Below, in pieces: positions 56,132 to 61,871 of a stretch of 64,000 nt of DNA. Source of the stretch: an uncultured virus (IMG/VR IMGVR_UViG_3300032270_000884) (Duplodnaviria > Heunggongvirae > Uroviricota > Caudoviricetes); the IMG/VR virus record IMGVR_UViG_3300032270_000884; one strand, 5' to 3'. The notes beneath the pieces were generated by a model. It ran no database searches. It was not told the origin of the DNA and worked only from the letters and a program-made list of their open reading frames with translations. The position numbers were made by a program, and so were the translations under genes. How positions within the stretch are numbered: position 1 is the stretch's first letter; every line of letters starts with the position of its first letter.

Positions 56132-56248
56132 ACCTTCTCATCTCCTGCCCTAGTGCCCAATACCATTTGCTGTTAGATACATCACACCGCTCTCTCCACC
56201 CTTCCCTTTAGGGATTAGGTACTGGGAGGGCGGGTACCAACACAAACA
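56132..56248. repeat. promoter P7 + CRP-like box + element copy 7
   Basis: -35 TTGGGC/17/GAAGGT; TGTTAGATACATCACA; GGGAGGGCGGG; CCAACACAAACA 56237-56248. Confidence 0.85.
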
Positions 56249-56264
56249 TTTGGCGCGACATGGC

Positions 56265-56300
56265 AAAGCGCCCCGCCCCTGAACGGAGAGGCGAGGCGCT
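56265..56300 (-). terminator. cassette terminator
   Basis: AGCGCCCCGCCCCT...AGAGGCGAGGCGCT stem. Confidence 0.7.
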
Positions 56301-56312
56301 GTACCTGTTCGC

Positions 56313-56774
56313 TTACCAACTAGATCGGTAAGAGAATTCCCAATCATCTGAGATTGCTAGGCACTTCTCGACGATTTCAATCGTGCGCTTTAGGTTCTCG
56401 TAGTACCACTCATCTCGTTCGGCATTACCGAAGAAGAAGCCTGAAGCTGGTTCAAGTAGTCCAGCGCCACGAGTGTTAGCAGTAACCAAAAGCTCTAACT
56501 TACAGTTATCTCGCAACTGTTCTAACTGTTCTCGTGATACATAGTGAGGACGGCACTCGTCCTCGCCACCCTGAACTTCCTTCACGAACCAGTTATGAAT
56601 TGCGTTAGCCTTGCGCCAGTATCCAACTGTGAATTGGATTTCAATAGATGGGCTATCTTCGGTGACCTGAACATCAGGATACATTGAAGAGATAGCGTTG
56701 AACTCGCTGGTGTCCTTCATATGAGACCAGCCACCAACATACTTACGAGCGTGAAGATACATATCAAGACCCAT
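56313..56774 (-). CDS. conserved phage protein
   Basis: MGLDMYL...YWRKANAIHNWFV...GFFFG...Y.SSW. Confidence 0.8.
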   Translation of the reverse strand: MGLDMYLHARKYVGGWSHMKDTSEFNAISSMYPDVQVTEDSPSIEIQFTVGYWRKANAIHNWFVKEVQGGEDECRPHYVSREQLEQLRDNCKLELLVTANTRGAGLLEPASGFFFGNAERDEWYYENLKRTIEIVEKCLAISDDWEFSYRSSW

Positions 56775-56775
56775 T

Positions 56776-56961
56776 TTATTTTTCCTCCCAAGTGAAGTCG
56801 CACATCACGCCTTCGATAGTCTGCTTACAAGATGATTGGTCAATGACTTGATGATGAGTAGAGATGAATACAACCCCAGCGACTACGGCAGAGATAGCCA
56901 TAACGAACGCCGAGAACAACAAGGAAGCGAATACTATTTCGCCTCGTGGTGTTAGTTTCAT
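56776..56961 (-). CDS. small membrane protein
   Basis: MKLTPRG followed by a hydrophobic helix. Confidence 0.7.
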   Translation of the reverse strand: MKLTPRGEIVFASLLFSAFVMAISAVVAGVVFISTHHQVIDQSSCKQTIEGVMCDFTWEEK

Positions 56962-57006
56962 TTGTTAGCCCCATTTCATTGGTAGTCGTTCGCTACCAAT
57001 AAGACA

Positions 57007-57105
57007 ACCATAGGGGCGAGCGTGTTAGTCACCAAGACCATTTGCTGTGGTGTTCGTCACATCTACATAGAAAGACCCCCCCACCCTTAAGTGACTTGCG
57101 TCACA
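57007..57105 (-). promoter_or_regulatory. promoter P8 with two CRP-like boxes
   Basis: -35 TTGGTG/17/-10 TATGGT; TGTGGTGTTCGTCACA 57046-57061; AGTGACTTGCGTCACA 57090-57105. Confidence 0.8.
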
Positions 57106-57148
57106 GAAAGGGGGCCCAGGCCACAAAAACAAGATTCACATACACGGG

Positions 57149-58024
57149 TCACACAGTAGCCTTAAATTCTTCAGGTAGTTTCTTATTTTTGCTGAGATTG
57201 CATTTTCCGTGAGATGGTCTGACGTTGTGAAGAGCATCTGGCCCTCCACGAGAAATAGGGATTACATGATCAAATTGAAGACCTTTTTCCCAACCGGGTT
57301 GCCCAGGTTGCCGTGCAGCGTTCATGTCAATATCTAATTCGCATATGTAGCAAATTGTGCCGTGGATGGCTAGTACATCTTGCTCGGTATACTTATCAAA
57401 GCCATTCTTAAGTCTGGTAGCACGTCTTCTTCGCTCCATAGCTCTTCGCTTTTCAGGAAACTGTGCATAATACTTTTTAGAGTACTCAGCCCTTTTGTCC
57501 TTATTTCTTTGGTATGCCTCACGATTTCTTCGTGCATGGGCTACTGGATCAGCTAATTTGCGCTTACGGTTATATTCCCTAAGCTTGGCACGATTCTCTT
57601 TGCCATACTTTTTTGCTCGTGCTTTTACCTTCTCAGGGTTGTTCTTCCTGTATCGTTTCTGTAGCTCGCTTGCTTTTTTCTTTCGTTGCTTTTCTTTAGC
57701 AATATCTTCAGCAATTTCTTCAGGGGTAGGGTTGGTTAATCGCCTTACCCGTTCAAGCTCTTTTAACCTAATGCGCTCTTCACGCTCAGCGGAATAATAT
57801 AGTTTTTTATGGTATTCCTTAACAGCTGCTTTTTTCTCAGGTTTGGCTAAATATGCGTTTTTGTATTGCTTATTCTTATCTGGTTTTTTCTTGTGGTACT
57901 CCCTACGGTATTCCCTCATAGCCTCTCTGCAGGGCAGGCACAGTTCTTCTCCCCTTTTACGGTGAATCTTGTACCCTGCATATGTGCCGCATCGTTCATT
58001 TACGGTTGCGGGGGACTTTTCCAT
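57149..58024 (-). CDS. HNH endonuclease with basic helical repeats
   Basis: CGTYAGY..H...C..C N-terminus; CYIC...FDHVIPISRGG....NVRPSH..CN..K. Confidence 0.9.
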   Translation of the reverse strand: MEKSPATVNERCGTYAGYKIHRKRGEELCLPCREAMREYRREYHKKKPDKNKQYKNAYLAKPEKKAAVKEYHKKLYYSAEREERIRLKELERVRRLTNPTPEEIAEDIAKEKQRKKKASELQKRYRKNNPEKVKARAKKYGKENRAKLREYNRKRKLADPVAHARRNREAYQRNKDKRAEYSKKYYAQFPEKRRAMERRRRATRLKNGFDKYTEQDVLAIHGTICYICELDIDMNAARQPGQPGWEKGLQFDHVIPISRGGPDALHNVRPSHGKCNLSKNKKLPEEFKATV

Positions 58025-58046
58025 TTCGGAATACTATCATTGCCCT

Positions 58047-58424
58047 ATGGCTAAGAAGCAAGAGCGCTACAAGAAACTTCCTCCTTTGAAGGCAAAGAAG
58101 GTAACCTCCATGAATAAAGGTGGCGGTAATACTGAGAAGCTTTCTAAGCTAACTAAGATGGAGATTGCTGAAGGCAATTTGGCCTCTGAGAAGATTGCTA
58201 ATCGCCCTACTAAGGATTTCTCTAGGGAAGAACTAGGTTCCCTGATGCAGGTACCGCCCGGTGGCGCTGAGCCTCATCAAGTTAAGACACAGTCTCGCCA
58301 ATTCAATAGAGTCGCCAGCGACCTGCCAGAAGCAACAGTTAATGATCAAGTCATTGGAGTACGTTCTGATTACAAGAAGAAGCCTATGTCAGCTAAGACT
58401 CCTAAAATAGACCCAGAAGATTAG
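58047..58424 (+). CDS. basic hypothetical protein
   Basis: leaderless start 58047 after TATCAT. Confidence 0.65.
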   Translation: MAKKQERYKKLPPLKAKKVTSMNKGGGNTEKLSKLTKMEIAEGNLASEKIANRPTKDFSREELGSLMQVPPGGAEPHQVKTQSRQFNRVASDLPEATVNDQVIGVRSDYKKKPMSAKTPKIDPED

Positions 58425-58460
58425 AACCCATTCTGCGCTAAATAGATTTACCCTAATGCC

Positions 58461-58682
58461 ATGTTCATGCCATGGCTATTAGAGCAAGAAGATAGAGACG
58501 ATGAAATCGGCCTTCTATACAAGATGATCTATACAGATCACAATAACGGCTGTCTCAACAGCCTTAGCAGCATGAAACACATTATCCATCACTTCATTAA
58601 TGTACACCCAAAGCAGTTCCTAATCCTTCGCTCGTACCTTGTCGTTGCTATTAAGGCATACGAAGACCCACTGGCAAAGTAA
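58461..58682 (+). CDS. YozE/SAM-like small protein
   Basis: F..WL..Q..RDD.IG.L. Confidence 0.55.
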   Translation: MFMPWLLEQEDRDDEIGLLYKMIYTDHNNGCLNSLSSMKHIIHHFINVHPKQFLILRSYLVVAIKAYEDPLAK

Positions 58683-58691
58683 ACTTTACCT

Positions 58692-59090
58692 ATGGCTAAC
58701 AGAACTCCACGCATCCCCTCCAACGACTGGGTACAAGCTCGCCCGCCTGAGGGAGCCTCTACGGCTGAATTTAACAATTGGTCAAAAGAAAACCCTAATC
58801 GTGTTGCAGATGCTAAGCGCACACAACGCTCTATGGGTAAAGAGAATCCTTCTAAAGAGGGATACCGCCAGAATGCAAGTGGAACTGAATCAGCAGTTCG
58901 TAAGAAAGCAGTTGCTAAGTGGCAAGGCGCACGTCCGGTATCTGGAAAAGGTGGCGCACAATCTGCTGAAGATAAAGAGAAGAAGCGTCAGACCATGATT
59001 GAGTGGGCTAAAACAAATCCTAACCGTCGTGATAACGCTAAAGCCGCACAAGGAAAGAAAACATCAAAGCGTCCTAAGAAGGCTAAGTAA
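58692..59090 (+). CDS. basic protein
   Basis: two W.K.NPNR repeats; Lys-rich tail. Confidence 0.7.
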   Translation: MANRTPRIPSNDWVQARPPEGASTAEFNNWSKENPNRVADAKRTQRSMGKENPSKEGYRQNASGTESAVRKKAVAKWQGARPVSGKGGAQSAEDKEKKRQTMIEWAKTNPNRRDNAKAAQGKKTSKRPKKAK

Positions 59091-59224
59091 TGATTCCAGA
59101 TAAGAGCAACGTATATTCATTAGATGACAAGCGTGCTGAGAAGCAAGCAGAAGCAAAGAAGGAACGTCAATGGGGACCACAGCAAGCAGGAGTTGTAAAG
59201 AGCTATGACCCAGACAATAAATAA
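59090..59224 (+). CDS. 44-aa protein
   Basis: MIPDKSNVYSLDDKRAEKQAEAKKERQWGPQQAGVVKSYDPDNK; TAATG overlap. Confidence 0.55.
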   Translation: MIPDKSNVYSLDDKRAEKQAEAKKERQWGPQQAGVVKSYDPDNK

Positions 59225-59309
59225 ATGCAAACGTTGCGGACATACAATGGATTATGGTGTGTGCGACGAACATCTATGTGGATGCGTGTGTACTAAAAAT
59301 GATTTTTGA
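59205..59309 (+). CDS. 34-aa Cys-rich peptide
   Basis: MTQTINKCKRCGHTMDYGVCDEHLCGCVCTKNDF. Confidence 0.45.
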   Translation: MTQTINKCKRCGHTMDYGVCDEHLCGCVCTKNDF

Positions 59310-59517
59310 TCCAGCAGTAGGTAAGACTCGTGAGCAACGTGCATTTGGTAAAGATGCTAAGGGTGCTAATGGTGTCAGTACAGGGTCGGCTCGTTCGAAA
59401 GCATTTATTGGAACGCGTAAAGTTGAAAAGGGTATGTGGTCAGGTCCACGTGCTAGTTACGGTAGATATCAAGTAGGCGACACTGCAAGTGATGCTGTTA
59501 ATAAAGGAGTGCGATGA
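59299..59517 (+). CDS. basic hypothetical protein
   Basis: start probably ATG 59299. Confidence 0.6.
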   Translation: MIFDPAVGKTREQRAFGKDAKGANGVSTGSARSKAFIGTRKVEKGMWSGPRASYGRYQVGDTASDAVNKGVR

Positions 59518-59699
59518 TTCCAGATAAAATGCAATTCTCTGCCAAGGTAGAGGGAGAACGTGAACAGCGTGCTGTTGATGCTGCTTGGGCTAAAGAGCAA
59601 TGGGACGCAAAAGGCGGCGATAAGGCTGCTGTAAACTTTAAACCTGAGTTCAAAGGACAATCCTACGAACAACAACTTGCATCTAAGAAGGCAAAATGA
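59514..59699 (+). CDS. small protein with MxPxxxQF N-terminus
   Basis: MIPDKMQFS; AAGGAG RBS. Confidence 0.65.
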   Translation: MIPDKMQFSAKVEGEREQRAVDAAWAKEQWDAKGGDKAAVNFKPEFKGQSYEQQLASKKAK

Positions 59700-59839
59700 A
59701 AAAAGAAAAGAAGCCTGACGAAAAGACTGGTTTATTCAACGATAAGCCTAAAGTAGCCGGAAAAGCGTTCTACAACAAAAATGCTGTTGTAAAGCCTAAG
59801 AAGTCCCAAGGTGGGTATGTCCGTAAGGGCAACCGCTAA
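59696..59839 (+). CDS. 47-aa Lys-rich protein
   Basis: MKKEKKPDEKTGLFNDKPK...; ATGA overlap. Confidence 0.6.
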   Translation: MKKEKKPDEKTGLFNDKPKVAGKAFYNKNAVVKPKKSQGGYVRKGNR

Positions 59840-59842
59840 AAA

Positions 59843-60007
59843 ATGTACTGTGAGCACGTCTACAAGAATGTTGGCGCACTTAAATGCCCACATTGTGGAA
59901 AAGACACCCATGAGGTGGATTGGTCACTAGAACTTGCGGCACGTAAAGCTCATAGAGAAAAGCACGGAATCTTTTACAACACTCCTAACACTTGGTGGTC
60001 AATCTAA
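59843..60007 (+). CDS. 54-aa Cys/His protein
   Basis: MYCEHVY.......CPHCG.DTHE.DW. Confidence 0.6.
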   Translation: MYCEHVYKNVGALKCPHCGKDTHEVDWSLELAARKAHREKHGIFYNTPNTWWSI

Positions 60008-60195
60008 TGGCTAAAACTATTAAAGCTGATGGTGAGAAGCACACCATTAAAAAAAATAAAAAGGGCGAAGTTATTGTTGACCACGCTGGAAATAAGGGCA
60101 AATACGATAAGATTAACCTTACGAAAAAGGCTGGCGCCAAAACTATTAAGCAAGGCGTAAAGGCAACTAAAGATTGGCATAAGAAAAATGGCTAG
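60007..60195 (+). CDS. Lys-rich protein
   Basis: start at TAATG 60007. Confidence 0.65.
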   Translation: MAKTIKADGEKHTIKKNKKGEVIVDHAGNKGKYDKINLTKKAGAKTIKQGVKATKDWHKKNG

Positions 60196-60448
60196 CGAAG
60201 CTTGGCAGCGCAAAGAGGGTAAGAACTCTGAGGGCGGTCTTAACGAAAAAGGACGCAAGTCCTACGAGCGTGCGAACCCTGGTTCTGATCTAAAGCCACC
60301 AGTATCTGCTAAAGAAGCACGTCGTTCACCTAAAGGTGCATCACGCCGCAAATCATTTTGCGCTCGTATGGGCGGAATGCCCGGTGCTATGGAGAAGAAT
60401 GGCAAACCAACTCGTAAAGCGTTAGCATTGCGGAAGTGGGACTGCTAA
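60188..60448 (+). CDS. conserved basic phage protein (DUF6321-like)
   Basis: AWQRKEGKN..GGLN.KGR...RRKSFCARM.GM...ALRKW.C. Confidence 0.8.
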   Translation: MASEAWQRKEGKNSEGGLNEKGRKSYERANPGSDLKPPVSAKEARRSPKGASRRKSFCARMGGMPGAMEKNGKPTRKALALRKWDC

Positions 60449-60588
60449 TGGCATCTCCATGTTGGGAAGGCTATGTCCAAGTTGGCATGAAGATGCTAAA
60501 AGGAAAGAAAGTTCCCAACTGTGTGCCATCAGGTTCTAGTAAGAAAAAAGTTGCAAAACCTACTGCAAAGAAAGCTGGTAAAAAATAG
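60448..60588 (+). CDS. 46-aa CWxGY-motif protein
   Basis: MASPCWEGYVQVGMKMLKGKKVPNCVP followed by Lys-rich tail. Confidence 0.7.
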   Translation: MASPCWEGYVQVGMKMLKGKKVPNCVPSGSSKKKVAKPTAKKAGKK

Positions 60589-60728
60589 TGTGTGCTACAT
60601 GTGGTTGCGGAATGCCTAAGAATAAGCATGGTCAAAAGACCCTAGCTAAGGCTAATAAAAAGTTTGATAAGAAGAAGGCTTGTACCTGCGGTACTTGCAA
60701 GGCGTGTAAAGCTAAAAAGAAGAAGTAA
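60588..60728 (+). CDS. 46-aa Cys/Lys-rich metallothionein-like peptide
   Basis: GTG start; CATCGCG...CTCGTCKAC. Confidence 0.6.
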   Translation: MCATCGCGMPKNKHGQKTLAKANKKFDKKKACTCGTCKACKAKKKK

Positions 60729-61021
60729 TGGCTGAGACAAAGAAGTTTGGTCCATACAAGGGTTCCGATGCTAATGGCGGACGCCCTATTTATGTCTACA
60801 AGAAAAAAGTAGGCGATAAGTGGGTTACCACTTCGAAGAACAAGGCTCGTGCAGATTATGAGTCAAAGAATGGAAAGATTAAGTCCAAGGATATTACTGT
60901 TGACCACAAGGACAATAATCACAATAATGACTCTAAGGGCAATTTAAGAGCAATATCTAGAAGCAAGAACACAGCAAAAGAAAACAAGCGCCGCGCAGGT
61001 AAAAAGGAGAATGAAAAATAA
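60728..61021 (+). CDS. small HNH-motif protein
   Basis: VDHKDNN..ND...NLR.ISRS.N. Confidence 0.75.
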   Translation: MAETKKFGPYKGSDANGGRPIYVYKKKVGDKWVTTSKNKARADYESKNGKIKSKDITVDHKDNNHNNDSKGNLRAISRSKNTAKENKRRAGKKENEK

Positions 61022-61341
61022 TGGAACCAACTAACGGTCAGTTCTCTAATATCTACCGCAAAGGCGGAGATGATTCAGGTTTACGCAAGCGTGCCGTAGA
61101 ACAATCTATTGGCGAGATGGATCGCACCCGTAAGATGACAAGCGCAGAGCGTTACGCAGATGATGTTCAAACTGGCGTTCAAGGCGCTCGCAACGCAGTT
61201 AAACTAAACCCAAGTGTTAAAGAAGCAACCGATAATCCAGATATGCTTGGTGGTCCAGTAAGTGGTGCCGCTTTAGCAAAAGAGAAGCGAAATAAAGTTC
61301 AATCCAAAAAAACGGCAGAGCGTGAGATGAAACGCCGCTAA
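61021..61341 (+). CDS. basic protein with MxPxxxQF N-terminus
   Basis: MEPTNGQFS. Confidence 0.65.
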   Translation: MEPTNGQFSNIYRKGGDDSGLRKRAVEQSIGEMDRTRKMTSAERYADDVQTGVQGARNAVKLNPSVKEATDNPDMLGGPVSGAALAKEKRNKVQSKKTAEREMKRR

Positions 61342-61342
61342 G

Positions 61343-61471
61343 TTGGACGACAAGGAGCGCATTAAGCGCTGGACTTGTGATTTTTGTAAAAAGATTTACG
61401 TAGTTCCGGGACTAGCTCGAGATTGCGAAGATAAGCATTTAATGAGAGAGTACGAAGATGACCAAGCATAG
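61343..61471 (+). CDS. 42-aa zinc-finger-like peptide
   Basis: TTG start; WTCDFC...ARDCEDKH. Confidence 0.5.
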   Translation: MDDKERIKRWTCDFCKKIYVVPGLARDCEDKHLMREYEDDQA

Positions 61472-61673
61472 ACAACATAAAGATGTGGCTATGAACGAAC
61501 GAGGTTTTCTAAGAATTGGCGGTATGGTTATACCTTATTGGCCCGCTTATATGTGGGGCGGTATGGGATCTGGTACAACAAATGCGGATACAACTACTAC
61601 CGAAGGAGCTGGACATAATGGTTACACAGGAGCAGACGGCGCCTCGGGAGCTGACGGCGGAGGATCGCTGTGA
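61458..61673 (+). CDS. Gly-rich hypothetical protein
   Basis: 71 aa. Confidence 0.45.
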   Translation: MTKHRQHKDVAMNERGFLRIGGMVIPYWPAYMWGGMGSGTTNADTTTTEGAGHNGYTGADGASGADGGGSL

Positions 61674-61836
61674 CCATTGCGGTGCTGCAGCAAAAGTAAT
61701 TGCAACATTTATTGCAGGTGAGTTAATGTTTTGCGGACATCACGCAAAAGAATTTAGAGTAAAATTAAAAAACCAGTCTTTATCTGTATATGATCCAGAT
61801 GAGATGCTTGCTTTCGCACCGACAAAATACAGTTAA
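61618..61836 (+). CDS. actinobacterial-type small zinc-binding protein
   Basis: LTAEDRCDHCGA...GELMFCGHH; AAGGAG RBS before ATG 61618. Confidence 0.75.
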   Translation: MVTQEQTAPRELTAEDRCDHCGAAAKVIATFIAGELMFCGHHAKEFRVKLKNQSLSVYDPDEMLAFAPTKYS

Positions 61837-61871
61837 TTTAGTAAACTTTAAGTTGTCGAGGGAGAAGACAA

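Noticed and set aside
50087..57131. CRISPR array or integron interpretation of the repeats
   Set aside because: Units are 0.7-1.3 kb apart and contain whole genes with their own promoters; no cas operon, no integron integrase and no attC-type RYYYAAC/GTTRRRY pairs recognised
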